Assembly (NCBI RefSeq): GCF_009914755.1 | Contig: NC_060937.1 | Source: the human T2T-CHM13v2.0 reference genome, Homo sapiens | Reading direction: 5' to 3' (one strand) | DNA length: 64,000 nt | In this document: positions 14,426 through 28,422 of the stretch, piece by piece | Numbering within the stretch: position 1 is the first letter of the stretch | Layout: each line of letters starts with the position of its first letter | Position numbers and translations under genes: made by a program | The notes under the pieces: model-generated | What the model was told of the DNA's origin: nothing | What the model saw: the letters and a program-made list of their open reading frames with translations, nothing else | Databases searched by the model: none

Positions 14426-17400
14426 TTCTTCTCATTCCAATGCTTGTTTGATATAAATTGCTCCATCACAGTTACAGAACATACTAAATATATATTTCTA
14501 ATTAATACATGGTTTTAAATTATGCTTTTCTATTTTATGCAGCAGGTTTAGATCTAAAAGTATTTGATTGTTCACAGAAATTCTTTCTCAAATGTTAAGG
14601 TTTGTTGTTTCTTATTTTGTTTCTCAAAATGTTAAGGTTTGACACTATGAAAAGTCTTTAAAATGCTGCAGAGTAAGAATTACAAAAGAGAATTTCCAGC
14701 AAAGCTTTGAATACTGCCATATTCTAGAATAAAGGCGTGCACACTCTGCCACCCTAACAGTGATGAATTAAAAGGCAACATCTTTTATGTGAATGTCTAA
14801 CTTGTAGGATATTCTTTATAAAATAGATCACAACAATTCATCTGTTATCTAAGAGTGCAAATTTGCATTTTAAATATTAGGTAGCTAGGCATGCTAGGCC
14901 TCACAAAAGCTTAAGGAACTGGGTTATAAAGACAAAAGGCCCTATCCTCGTTTTGCCTGAAGTACCCTACGAAGATAGTTGACCTCTCTGTCCTGGAGAA
15001 AGAAAAACCAAACAAAATAAAACCTTATTTATTGTCTGACTTAAATATTTTATCTTGCATAAATATGAAGAAAGCTCTAAAGGCTCTACATCATTTATCC
15101 AAGTTAGGCTTCCGGCAAACAGATGAAAAAACTGGAAAGAATGTTTTCCTATACAAACCCATATTTTTGAAGAGACAAGGTATACATGAAAAGCTTGGGT
15201 ACATTAATGCTATACAGAAGCTCCTTTAGGGATGAACTTTCTACTTAGAAGTTCTCATGGAAACAATCTACCAGATGCCCAAACAAAAGCATATCAATTG
15301 AGTACTGCCAGCAGTTGATATGAATGGCTGTTTGTGTATTGTCTCTTTGGAGTTATAAATAAATGAACTGGTAAAGAGGCTTTCAGAATTAACATGTTAG
15401 GCTATAAATAAACATTTGTGCAGCTGCTTATTACCCAGATCATTTGTACCCTTGTATCTCTCCAAATCAGCACTCAGTATTCCTGATAAAGCATTCAGGA
15501 TTCCTGACAAAGGAATTAACCTATAGCATATGGCTTAATTCTATATTTTATATCAGAATTATAAAGGGGTCCAATAAATACTGAACTGTCTTTGTGACAT
15601 ATTCTATTCGTTTACTATTAAAATACTTCCAACACTGTACAATTGAAACTCAAGTCGTTGGTCAGATCTCAGCCACGTATCAAAAGCTCATTTTAAATAT
15701 TTAAAGTAAATAAGATCCTTGTTATGAATAGGAATGCAATAAGTCATCAATCCAAATCCAGAGAAAAATAAAAAAACATTTTAATGTCTTTGATTGTTAG
15801 CCTTGGATCCTTCCACTAAGGTAGAAATAGCAGGCCAGTTAAATTGCATTTTGTGTATGCAATTCACGTTGTTTTCCTGGCCTTACTTACTATATTAGTT
15901 GGAATACTTTATGAAATGAAGAACCTACCCTCATATTTTTCCACCAGTGACCTTGAGTTAGTATTGACAGAATAAATATTTCAAAAAACTCAAACCCAGG
16001 GCCGTGCTGAGGCATTTCTGGGCAGCCATAGACTACCTGAAAAATAAGATAAGGCCTTGGGTCTGGATAAAAATGGATCCTGCCAACGTCTACCTGGCTA
16101 ACACCCATATAGAACTGCCTTACTAGCTGGGCTCCCCCTAGGAGGAGAGCTTGGGGGCTAGTGGCTATGCAGGCAACAGTGTTTCCTAATGATCTGGGAT
16201 CACTGGTCACGCTTTCCCATCTATACTTTGGAGTCAGAATTGAATTCAAAATCCAGGTTTTCCACTTACTATTTCTGTAACTTAAATACATTACTTAGCT
16301 TCTCTTTCAGCCTTCCCATTCATATAACAGAGATAATATCACCTTCCTGTTGCCACTGCTGTGGGAACTAAACAAGATGATGTAGGTAAAGTAACTGCTA
16401 TGGAATATGCGCTCGAAAATGTGACTATATTGATATATTGACGTCAGAAAAGGCCTGGTAAATAAATCCCAAGATTGGCATTGTGATGCTTTTTCATTTG
16501 GCACCTTCTCCGTATTTCACACTAAAACATGAAAAAAATGCACATATAATTGGTTTTAGTAGTCTTAAATTTTCTAAGAACCGTTTATTAATTCAACCAT
16601 CAATTGTAACCACGAACATTAAACAATATTGATAAATCAAGTTTTATTTTTTAAACTCTCTTTAAAAAATCTATCTAGTACTTGATTTTCAATCTGTTTA
16701 ATAAGATGGAGGACCCCACCAAATTACTCTTCTTTGAAAGTTGTTCATGTATAAGTGAATAAAATATATTTTACTAAAACTCATTTCCAACTGTAATTTT
16801 TAAGAATACTTAAAGAAGGGATATGTTCAATTCTACATTATTACATTTTTATTTAACCATTTTTAACCAGCATTATTTTGTAAGTCCATCACAACTATCA
16901 ATTTCCATAAAATGTGGTACTGTCCTAGGTAGGAGTAGCCTATTTAGGAGGCAGGTAGGATCTGCATTCCCCAAAGACACATACATGAAGTGAAAAACAA
17001 ATCATGACAACTAAATTACACTGAAGACAAGTGTTCATAAAATTTTAAGAAAAGTGATATTTGTGGGGACACAGGCTTGAGTTGTGAAAATATTACAATT
17101 ATATGCAGGTAGCATTATAGAATCTGGATAATCAACAATAAGAAAAGCATAAAAATATTCTTAAAAATCTAATTTTTTGCAAGACTCACTTGGACTATGG
17201 TTAAAACTTTGTGATTTTATAAGATTAGGAAAGACAAGCACCTAAAATGTGAAAAAATAGCTACATCATAAAACCATATAGATTGTCATGAGCGTATAAA
17301 GACCTGGCCATGAATTCAAGGGTTTTTTTTTTGTTTTTTTTTTTTTTGCCACAACAGCAACAAAAAATTATCTCAGAAATTAGTTTCAGAAAACAGTTTT

Positions 17401-18974
17401 TCTACTCCTATAGAAGCAGACCCTCAGGCTACTTTTATCATCTTCAAAAAGGAGTTTAACCCTGCATGGAAGCTTAAGGTATGGAGGGAGCTGCCAATCC
17501 ACTGGCAATTTCTAAGTTAGTTTAATTAAATGAACTGACTGAATTTCCATATGTGTATGTGATTTCTATTTAGAAAAAGAAGAGTTATACATATGTGTGT
17601 TTCATTATTTATACAGAACTCATTACATTATGATGTTAAATAACTACTAAAAATAAAAAAACATAGCACTTGTATTAAAATGTTCCATGGACCATGTGTT
17701 AAGATGATTGCATTCCTAAAATGCAGAAAAATCCCATTATTTCAGTATCTTGCTGTGTTTCACTGAATCATCAGCATTAATCATAGATGACATATTCCTC
17801 ATGCATTAGTACTGTCCTTCATGGTGTGAGAACATCTACTAAGGAAATGGCTTTTTCTTTGTTGTAAAAAAGAGTCTACGGTTGTAATAAAGAAACCTGA
17901 AAATATGTGTTTTTCATCTTTATCTCTCGCTCTTTTTCCAGCTCCTAGTGTCATCCTGTAAAATGCTATGCATAAATTTGTGAACAATAATTGCTATTCA
18001 GTTTACAACAAAAATTAACCAAACTATAAACTGAATAAGCTGTGGGACTTTGATGCAGCTTAAATATTTAAAAGTAGAATAAAATGATCTTTCAGTTTCC
18101 CATGTTCTTAAAAAAAAGTTCTCAAAATAGCTTCTTATTAGGCTAAGCCATATTTACCCCTCCTACCAAATCTGCAAGTGTTCAGAAAACATCCAACTGC
18201 TACCTAAGATAAGGGTTTACATTTCTGATTCTTAAAGACTGATCTATGTGCACACAGAAGACAGATGAAAATCCAATTTCAAGGTTAGGAAATTAATTTT
18301 GCCTGGAGAAGAAAACACTGTAAGTTCAATTTGATACTTAAGGATGCTTATTTGTTTGTTTTAATGTCAAGTTGACTATTATTTAGGTCTATTATAAGAT
18401 TAATAAACCACTATTACCTGGGAAAAGTACAATCATTATTGGGCATTGTTTATTATTTTCTAGCTTTTCATAAGGATTTTCCATAACACCAGTAGCGCAC
18501 AAGTTTTTCAATTTGGGTTTCTTTTGCTTCCTTTTCTGGAATAAAAGAAAACCTTTCCGGTTTGTGATGATCCACTCTACTTCCTGGCAATATCTACTGA
18601 AAAGCTATGACACAATAATAGTTCAATAACTTTCTCATATATTGAATCTACAGCAATCTTACACTGGAGTTGTGAATATCTCTCCATTAACATTTCAAGT
18701 CAGCGTATCCAAGCTGTACCCCAGGGAATACTGATGTTTGATTAAATATTTATAGGAACCCCAAAGAAAAAGAGTGTTCTGAGTCAAATACAAAAGGGAA
18801 ACAATGAGTCAAAGTTGCGTAGGTCTTGCTGTTATTGTTTTTATTGCCAAATTTCTAAGAACCTTAAAAATGAGGCTTAGAAAATATTTTTAATAAGAGC
18901 AGGCCTTGCTCAGGAGCAAGTAGCATCTTTGAGATACTTCAGAAAACACATTACCTATCCATGTGCACATCACA

Positions 18975-19975
18975 AAATCTCCACTGAATGTCTCATAGAC
19001 GTGTCAAACCCTTGTCTAAAACTGAACTCTTGATATCCCCCAACCAAAATCTATTCATGTTTAAACCTCCCCCTTTTCACTAGATTCCAATAATGGCTTT
19101 TCAGTTTCTCAGGTCAACAATTTTAGAGACACTCTTGTCTGTCTCTTTGTCTCTGTCTTTCTCTATGTATACACACACATGTATGTGCATGCACACACAC
19201 ACACACACACACACACACCAGTCTGTCATGAATTTCTATCAGCTCCATCTTCATAATATAACTTAATTTCTTCCTACCACTTCAACTGCCACCACCTTAG
19301 TCCATGCCATGATTGGACTCTGGCTTAGATTATTGTGTAAGTCTGCTAACTGGTTGCCCTTATTCCACTCTTTCCACCTCTAATCTAATCTCTACTTAGT
19401 ATCTTCTTTTTAAAACAAGGTTCAGATTATATCACATTTCTATTAAAAATCTTCCAATACTTTCCCATCCCACTCCAGGAAAAAAAGGTCATGTTCTCAC
19501 TATGACAGCTACTGCGCCCTGCTCTCCTATCAGTCTTCCTATCCCAAGTCTGCTGCTCTCTCTCCCTGTACTGAGAACACACTGGTGCTCCTGCTCAGCA
19601 GCCTGCCTTTTTCCAGAACTCTCCATTTGCCATGATGTTTGCTTCTCTTCTTTCATTTCCTTTAAGTCTCTGCTCAAATGTCACCTTATCTGAGAGGCTA
19701 TTCCCGACCCCCATATATTGAAGTGTTTTTGTTTCATCACTTCCCTGCCCTTTTTTCTAAAACATAGCAAGTTTTAGCACTTAATTTTACAAATTTATCT
19801 TTTTCTTTTTATCACATAATTTATATAAGAAAGTTTATATTTTTACTAGTTTATTTTTATGTCACTCTGTTATTACCTCCAAGAGAGCATAATTTCATTT
19901 GCTTTTGTTTTGCACAGTTATCTTCAGTACCTAGAGCAATGTTCTGCATGTGGGCATCCTATGAAGAATGACTGA
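18975..19975 (+). mobile_element. L2 fragments, with (CA)n at ~19170-19218
   Basis: GTCTAAAACTGAACTCTTGAT, CTGCCACCACCTTAGTCCA, TCTCTGCTCAAATGTCACCTT, CAGTACCTAGAGCA motifs of the L2 3' region. Confidence 0.7.
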
Positions 19976-20676
19976 AATAACCAATGTGAACACAATATAT
20001 AATATGTTTTTTTAAGAAGTCATTAATTCTGTTTTCATTATTAGTCTTAAGGAAAATTCATAGTAGACATCACCTGAGTCATTGATCAATGATCATCTCC
20101 CTCCACCACAGCATGAGATCCTAAGTGCAGAGGTGTATACTATGTTTATGGATATATAGTCAGTGCCCACAACTGATCCTGGCACATTTGTTAAGTGTTG
20201 AGTGAATAGCTATGATGTATTTTCATTACCACTCTAGAATCACGAATGAAATACATAGAAAAATAATATTTCTTGCATAAGAAGCCATATGTAAATCTCT
20301 TAGAGACACTGAAGTTTATACAGGAAAATACAATAATTTAGTTTTAGAAAGGCGAGAAGGTTCCTGATTTATTAGCAAAGACACATTAAGCTGGGTCTTA
20401 GATAGTTGTAGCAGAGATGGAAACAAATGGTGATCAAATCCGCAGATGTTAGTCCTGATGTTAATGAACAAAACATATCAAAGTGAAATTGCAGAAACAG
20501 ATGGCAACCACTGTTGGCCAAGAAGCCAACAAGCAGAAGCACAGGATGATGGCAGGTTCATCAAAATAGCTCAGGGAGAAGGAAAAAGGGGTAACTGGCT
20601 AGCACCATGGATAGCGCTAAATGAAGCACTATGTTCCGATCTATTCAACCCAACACAAATAAATGTTTTGCTATTG

Positions 20677-21122
20677 CTATTCACAATAGCAAACACTTGG
20701 AACCAACCCAAATGTCCAACAACGATAGACTGGATTAAGAAAATGTGACACATATACACCATGGAATACTATGCAGCCATAAAAAAGGATGAGTTCATGT
20801 TCTTTGTAGGGACATGGATGAAGCTGGAAACCATCATTCTCAGCAAACTATTGCAAGGACAAAAAACCAGACACCACGTGTTCTCACTCATAGGTGGGAA
20901 TTGAACAATGAGAACACATGGACACAGGAAGGGGAACATCACACACTGGGGCCTGTTGTGGGGTGGGGGGGAGGGGGGAGGGATAGCATTAGGAGATATA
21001 CCTAATGTTAATGATGAGTTAATGGGTGCAGCACACGAACATGGCACATGTATACATATGTAACAAACCTGTACGTTGTGCACATGTACCCTAAAACTTA
21101 AAGTATAATAATAAAAAAATAA
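20677..21122 (+). mobile_element. L1PA (about PA4-6) 5'-truncated 3' end
   Basis: CTATTCACAATAGCAAA...TGGAACCAACCCAAATGTCC (ORF2 end), G-rich tract, GTACCCTAAAACTTAAAGTATAATAATAAA; degenerate TSD AAATA(A/T)ATGTTTTG. Confidence 0.92.
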
Positions 21123-23736
21123 AATATATGTTTTGTTGTTGTGGGGTTTCTTTTATTTGTTTGTTTGTTTTTTTACCCACAGATGGAAAATTTGTACCTA
21201 AAGACTTCAACCTTAAGATCAAACATAATTGCTTTTAAGGATCTGGAGGTGTCACAGTGAATTTTCAGGTTGCTTGAGAAATACCTATCAGATAATTCTC
21301 GCCAGTCTTCCTCAGTTTTTCAATCTTTCTGGCACTAAAAGTGATTTAAAAAGAATCTTTTAATAATCACTTATTTCACTGAAGATATACTTTTCAAAAC
21401 AGCTGTACAGGCCTGAGAGAATTAATGGGCTTTGAAATAATCAAGTAACTTACTGTCCTCTCTGTTTGGGATATATTGTTATTTATAAATTTTACTTTTT
21501 AAATTATAAAAAGTTACAATTTTGATTTGTAATTATTAAAAACTCCAATTCACAAATATAATTTTAAGTGGATTTTTATGCCTTTCATATTCACCTCCCA
21601 CATGCAAAACAATTATCCATGAGTTTTTAGTTTTATGAAAGATGGAGAATTCTATGTTGATTATAAAGAAGAATAATGTACATTTTGTTTCCTACATTAT
21701 AACGTGTTTTCTATACCTCATAAATACTGTACTATTCTTAGTCAATTTCACAGTGACTATTTCCTAAATCCCTTAGACAGGGATTTAATGATTAATGAAA
21801 TGCTACAGCAATTCTTTTAATAAATAAAGTTTTCATGGACCATGCCATAGAGCCATGCATATATGTTTTTGTATATGTAGATATATAATTGTTGGCTTAA
21901 AGCTTACAAATACATTAATTAGGTTCATAGATTTAGTAGCATTTTAAATTAACAAATATGTTTTAGTCTTAAACTACTTGGCAAAGAGGTAAGCAAGCCT
22001 TCTGATTTTCTCCACAATAACATTTATGGGGCTTTAACTAGGTTCTCTAGTACAGGATCTTTTGTAGGAGTTAATTAGAGACTTCACTTAACTTATTGTT
22101 TTTAATCCTTTCGAATGTCATCCTGTAGTTATTTCACTGAGAACTTTTAACTATAAATTCTTGCCAAGTTCTCTGTATTACTCATTCCAAGCACACGCTG
22201 GATTTATTATAAGATTAATAAATTATCCCTAAAAGAACTCTGTCTCACCGTTTCTTCCAAATATTTTTGTCAACTTTTTGTTTGGAAATAACTTTCCAAA
22301 ATCATATGAGCTGTGGTGCTCATAAAACAATATGAGTCAAAACTCGGAACACACAAACAAGAAAAACTCTAATTGAATCTCTGTTCACATTTTATGATTC
22401 GTGGTCTCACTTTGAGTAGAGCTAGCAATCACAGGGCCTGAGTGCTGCCACTGCCTACACCAAACATGGCAGACATGGTTCATCAGTTACTGACCACTTT
22501 TGGCCTCACAATTCCTTACACACAACCACAGGCAGCAACTACAGATTTATTGGGTTTTCACACAAGGTGAATTCTGCTTGCTCTTCCTAAACTGGAACTT
22601 TGAATTAGAATTTAGTGGCATACGCCTATATAGTTAAGAAAGGGCATGATTTTTAACAATTTTAAATACTTTAGAATGGGTGGTTATCAAAATCCTTTTT
22701 TTATGTTTACTCAACACTTTTTTTTCTAATTAAATGCCAAGTTATATCTATGTCCAATTACATATTAACAGTTGTACTTAGTGACGGCCTCAAAGTTACT
22801 TGACTTTGAAGGATGATTGTCCTTGAGGGAGGACTTGATCATGAGGTTTAAAAAGATGGCCATCTCTAGCACTGCATCAGTATGGGGCTTTGGGGTGGCT
22901 CATGCACAGGCCTGGGCAGCAGGCTCTCTATGCACAGGTCTCTAGGGTTTTTGACTTAGACAACTTGCTCTGTAGAAATGGGGGAGTGATAACATCCATT
23001 AGCTACAAATAATATTATAATCAGAGAAAAATGGCTTAAATAAATTCTGGCTTGTTAGGAGCCATGTGATCTCAATTATGTTATTCCTGAAATCTCAGTT
23101 TTTCACATATAGCATTAAGATAATAAAACATACTCCACAAAGTTGTCATGAGGGTTGATAAAGGTAATTTAAGTAAAATCGACAGAACATCTAGCACAAT
23201 TGAATCTAAATTTAAGTGAAAAGAAACAGTACTAATGTGCTCCTATTTATACTAATGGAGCACATTACTTTTTAACCTTGGAGCACAATGGAGCACAATA
23301 CTTCTTTAACCCTGCAGTTGAAAAACTTGTTTTGTATCTTTCACAGATAATGAATTTCTCAAGATTCGTTATATAACCAATATATGCTTTAAAATATGAT
23401 CTTATTGAGATATAATTTGTATACTATGTAAAATTTACTCATTTAAAGTGCATAATTCAATACTTTTTTAAAATACTGAATTGGGTAACAATCACCACCA
23501 AATACCTAATATATTCTTGAATTTATTTTTCAATATCACCAAAGGATGTCTCTTCCATAAGGAAACAATCTGATGAAATCAGTGTAAAACTTCTATAATT
23601 GAAATGGCAATGACTTTTTAAAAAAAAGTTTGAATTCAGTTGGATTGTTGCTAGATTAAGGAGAATACAGTGGAAAAATACCAATTGAAATGTGTAGCCT
23701 ATGATTAGTTCCTGGGCCTCAAACAGAAAAATTATG

Positions 23737-26060
23737 GACTTCCAGTTTCTAGTCTGACGTGCAAAGGTTTTCAAAGTTGTCACTCCCATTCTCGTAACAA
23801 GAAAAAGGCTGGATAAGCTAAAAATCAACAACACTGCTTAGATCTATAAGGGAATTGAGATCATAGGAACAACTGCTTTTCCCAAAATGGAGAGACAGGT
23901 GGGTACAGAGAATCACATGTAAATGGCAGAGAAACCCAGGGCCAGGTCCTACAGATGAAGCCAGTATCAGTAGGAACACTTAAGCTGTAATCGGTGAATG
24001 ACTGAAGACTCAATGTGGACCAGGTTGAGAGTAAAAAATCTGAGGAAAGGGGCTAGTCTCGGCAAGAAGCCCACACTTTCTTAAATTTTACCTCCAGCAG
24101 CTTTGTGTTCTCAAAGAAAAATCCCCTCATGTTTCCTTCACGCAGGGAGAAGGACAAAGTGACCTTTTTGAAATATGTCCCCAAGGCCAGCTATTTTACC
24201 AGAGTCTAACTGATTAGGGTTTTGCCAAAGCATAACCCATGTAAAGAAGAAAAACACCCAATGACAGCCTCCTCTATTCTTCTCAGATAGCTGAGAGTAC
24301 TTGTAAAGGCCACAGGCCAGGAGCAAAGGCTCACTAAACACTCAGACCTAAACATAAGCCTACAGATGCTTTCACTCCTTCTACACCTCACCACCATATA
24401 AATAGGGCTTCCATATAAAAACAGAGGATTATAGCTGAAAGAACTACAAGCCTCAGATGCTATTTTAAAAGTCTTTTGGGAAACCCAAAGCAATTGGGGG
24501 GTGGGGGACAAAAATAAGGCCAGTCACAGAAATTTTAGCCACTGACACCATAGCTAGAGGAAACAGTAAACACAGCATGTTAGCCAGATAAATATCAAAC
24601 CTCATATTAAAGGGCCATTGACTCCAGTTCCTTTTGCCCAATTCATCATATCTGTTTTCAACAACAACAACAAAGTCATGCTAAGGGGCAAAATAAAACA
24701 AAACAAAAACCTCAGGCTAAATTATCCAAGCAAGAATCAGGACTCCATTCAGACATGACAGATAATTTGGAGTTATCAGACCAGAAATTTAAAACAATTT
24801 TGAACAATATGTTAAGGGATCGAATGAAAAAAAGTGAACAAGATGTAAGAGAAGATGGGAAATGTAAGCAGAAGGACAGAAATTCCAAAAAGAATCAAAA
24901 GGAGATGCTATAAAATAAGAACTTTTTAAAAAGAAACTGACAGAGATGAAGAATTTATTTAATGGGCCCATCAGAAAACTTAAAATGGCCAGGGAATCAT
25001 TGGCCTTGAAAGTAAGTCAATAGAAATTTCCAAAATTGAAAACCAAAAAGAGTTTGAAAAGTAAAACAGAATATCCAGGAATTGGGGAATAATTAAAAAG
25101 GTATACCTTACACATTTTTGGAATAGCAAAAGGAGAAGAAAGAGAGAAAAGAACAGAAATATTTGAAGTAACACTGGCTAAGAATTTCCCAGAATTAACG
25201 ATGGATGTCAAACTACAGACACGAATCTAAGAGAACACAAAGAAGGATAAATAGCAAAATATCTGCACTTAAATATATCATACTCAAACTGCAGAAAAAC
25301 AAAGAGAAAGAGAAAATCTCAAAAGAAGCCACAGTGGGGAAAAACCTTACATATACAGAAATGATGATAAGGATTACACCAGACTTCTCTTTAGAAATCA
25401 CACACTCAAAGAGAAAGTAGAGTAAAATATTTAAAGCATTGATTAAAAAAAAAAAAACCCACACAAACAAAAACAACTACCAACCTGGAATTCTATATCC
25501 TGAAAAATTATCCTTCAAAAACAAAAGTGAAATAAAGACTCTTAGAGTAACAAAACAAGGAAATTTTTTTGCCAGTGGAGCTGCCTTGCAAGACATGTTA
25601 AACAAAGGTCTTAAGAGAGAAGGAAAACAATATTGGAGAGAAGCTTGGATTTAAATGAAGAAAGAAAGAGCATTAGATAATAAGTAAACATAAAATATGT
25701 TCTTTTTTTGTACTTTAACAGATAACAGATTTTTCAAAATATTTTTAGCAACAAATAGATGAGGTATTCATAGCTAGTGAATAGTGAAATGTATGGCAGC
25801 AGTGTAATAGCGATGAGCAGGAGAGATTGGAAATACTCGAAGGGGCTTGCACTACACAATAAGCAGTATTGTGTTATTTAAAAGTGGATAAACATTACTT
25901 GTAAGAGTATATTGCAAACTCCTTAGCAATCACTAACACTTTTTTAAAAGAAGTACAATTGATAATCTCAGAGAAAAGAGAAAATGGGATTATATAGGAT
26001 GCTCAATTAGAACCAGAGAAGGCAAAAAAATGGAGGAAAAAAGCAGCAAAGAAAATCTAT
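23737..26060 (+). mobile_element. Ancient L1M (L1MD-like) 5' UTR and decayed ORF1
   Basis: ORF remnants KYIILKLQKNKEKEKISKEA...LTYTEMMIRITPDFSLE and YQPGILYPEKLSFKNKSEIKT are L1 ORF1p C-terminal motifs; many stops and frameshifts. Confidence 0.85.
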
Positions 26061-26075
26061 GAAAGATACAGTTTG

Positions 26076-26192
26076 TGACGAGTTAATGGGTGCAGCACAC
26101 CAACATGGCACATGTACACATATGTAACAAACCTGCACATTGTGCACATGTACCCTAAAACTTAAAGTATAATAATAATAAAATAAAAAAAA
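26076..26192 (+). mobile_element. L1PA 3' stub (~115 bp) with 15-bp TSD
   Basis: TGACGAGTTAATGGGTGCAGCACACCAACATGG...AAAGTATAATAATAAT-A tail; TSD GAAAGATACA(G/T)TTTG at 26061-26075 and 26193-26207. Confidence 0.92.
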
Positions 26193-26209
26193 GAAAGATA
26201 CATTTTGAA

Positions 26210-26555
26210 AAATGGGGAAAATATAAATATAGGTTGGCTATTAGATGAGATTAAGAAATTCCTTCATTTCTTACATGTGATAATAGTATAATGGTTACAT
26301 GGGATTAAGACTTTATTCTAAAAGGATGCATAGTAAATAATTTAGAAATGAAATGTTATGATGTCTGAAACTTAATCTCAAATGATTTAGCCAGTGTGTA
26401 TGTACATGTGTTTATGTGCAAATAAAGATAAAGAGAACAAACTTTCCAATGATTGTTGGTTCTAAATGATTGTTATATGGCATTTAGTGTACAGTTCATT
26501 CTAGTTTCCTACATGTTCAATACATGATAAAATTAAAAGTTAGAAAAATAAATAA
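26210..26555 (+). mobile_element. Old L1M (L1MD/ME) 3' UTR fragment
   Basis: ATTAGATGAGATTAAG...GTGATAATAGTAT...ATGATGTCTG...TAAAAGTT motifs. Confidence 0.6.
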
Positions 26556-28055
26556 ATAGATTAATTAATGTCAGTATATACCTATTTTATTTGTTGTAGA
26601 TTTGGTTTTACAGCAAAGGTCTTGATAAAAATCTATATTTTAACCTTTAAGGTGTCTTTTGAAAAATCTCAAGGCTTATGGGAGGACTTATTGCCAATGA
26701 TCTTGATAATACCTGTTCTTCAAATTTACAAATAACAAGACTTTTTGTGTGTAATGCTGTTACTTATTTTTACTCCAATTTTCAGAGTGCCGTTGTAAGT
26801 TGGTTTTGTCATCGAGACTACCAAATCATCAGCTACCAGTCAGGTAAACCCATAAATTACAAATTGTGCAACTTTTATTTCATTTCCCGAGTAATATAAT
26901 TGTGTAATTATATGTAATTTGAGATTTATAGGAACTTCAGGAAATAAAATTAGTAGCATGCAAAATTAAATATGAGCTAATATAAACACATTCTGCTAAA
27001 TTAACAATTATATTTCATGCTATCCCTTATTAAAAATCTAAGCCCCCGAGTTAATTTCCTAGTTATTCAAAATATGCCTTGCATTCTATAGTATATTCCC
27101 AACATAATCAAAAGGCCTGTTACAGTCCTACTACAAATTTTGTTATGTAATTAGGCGTTACATATGCATACATATAATGCATATTACATTATACATTATA
27201 TGGCTAATAATTATGCAATACATTATTTGGCTACTAATTACAAATATACTACTGAAACTGCAAGGCCATTATAAACACCTATTTTTCTACTTTAAATTAT
27301 TTCTTAACCACAGGATAAAAATAATTATAGCAATTTGAATAGAGCATATTGTTAAAGTATCATAATGTCTGTTATCAATCGTTATATGTAAGTGATCATA
27401 AAAATATCTGAAGAGCAGTAATTTTCTAAAATTCATTGAAAGTCTCATTTTTGTTGTTGTTTTCCCTCTCTCTTTGAAAGAATTGTATTTGCATGCGTAT
27501 GTTTTATGTGTGTGCCACTCAATATAAGATGGATATGTGAGGGATTTCTCTACACAGCATGGCCCTAAACCCAAAAGGTCATGGCTTAAGGAAAAGATAA
27601 AAGTTCTCAGTTACCACAAAATCAGAAGTATGCACATGATGCAATTCAGGAAAAGCAAAATAATTGTTTTTCAGCTTTGATGAAACAGGAGTGTGGCGGT
27701 GAGTCAAATATTCTGCCTAATGTTTACTTTATAACATACACTATTTCAACTTCTAATACTTAATTCAGTTTAACAAGCATGTAAGTACATTATCTTACCA
27801 ATTAGAGTAATATAAAAATGATTAAAACTCATTTTTAACTTCAAGACAGATCAGAATCTAATGAGGGATAACGTATAAGCCAACATGTAACTGTAATGGA
27901 AGGCTGAGTACTAAAGAAAAGCGAAGCTACTGTGCCACAGAAGAGGAGAGAAGAGCAACTCTCTTCAGTCTCAAATCAGGGAATTCTGCCTAGAAGAGCT
28001 GGCATTTGATTTGGGCCTTGAAATGTGAAAGGGACTTTGAAAACTGCATCTAAAC

Positions 28056-28422
28056 ATTAAAACAATTGAACTCATGACATAGAGGGTAGAAGAATTGTTG
28101 TGAGAAGCTGGGAAGGGTAGTGGGGGGCTGGGAGTTAGGAATAGTTAAAGCATACAAAAAATAGGAAAAATGAAGAAGACCTACTACTCGATAGCACAAC
28201 AGGGTGATATAGTCAATAATAACTTAATTACACATTTTAAAATAATGTAAAGAGTATAACTGAATTGTTTGTAACTCAAAGGATAAATGCTTGAGGGGAT
28301 GGACACCCCATTCTCCATGATATGTTTATTTCACATTGTATGCTTGTATCAAAACATCTCATATACCCCATAAATATATACACATACTGTGTACCCACAA
28401 ATATTAAAAATAAAAATAAATA
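28056..28422 (+). mobile_element. L1MA 3' end inserted in an L2 relic
   Basis: AATTGAACTCATG...GATAGCACAACAGGGTG...AAAGGATAAATGCTTGAGGGGATGG...TGTACCCACAAATATTAAAAATAAAA. Confidence 0.85.

Noticed and set aside
14584-14641. Short direct repeat TTTCTCAAA(A)TGTTAAGGTTTG (a 12-bp tandem also occurs at ~55645)
   Set aside because: Real but ordinary slippage-type micro-duplications with no further structure.
15890-16291. 133-aa minus-strand ORF
   Set aside because: Begins in a MIR-like relic, has no recognisable domain, and its length is compatible with chance.
25205-25654. ORF1-like ORFs as a second L1TD1 copy or an active L1
   Set aside because: Generic, broken L1 ORF1 motifs inside an old L1M with its 5' UTR; no L1TD1-specific sequence and no intact ORF2.
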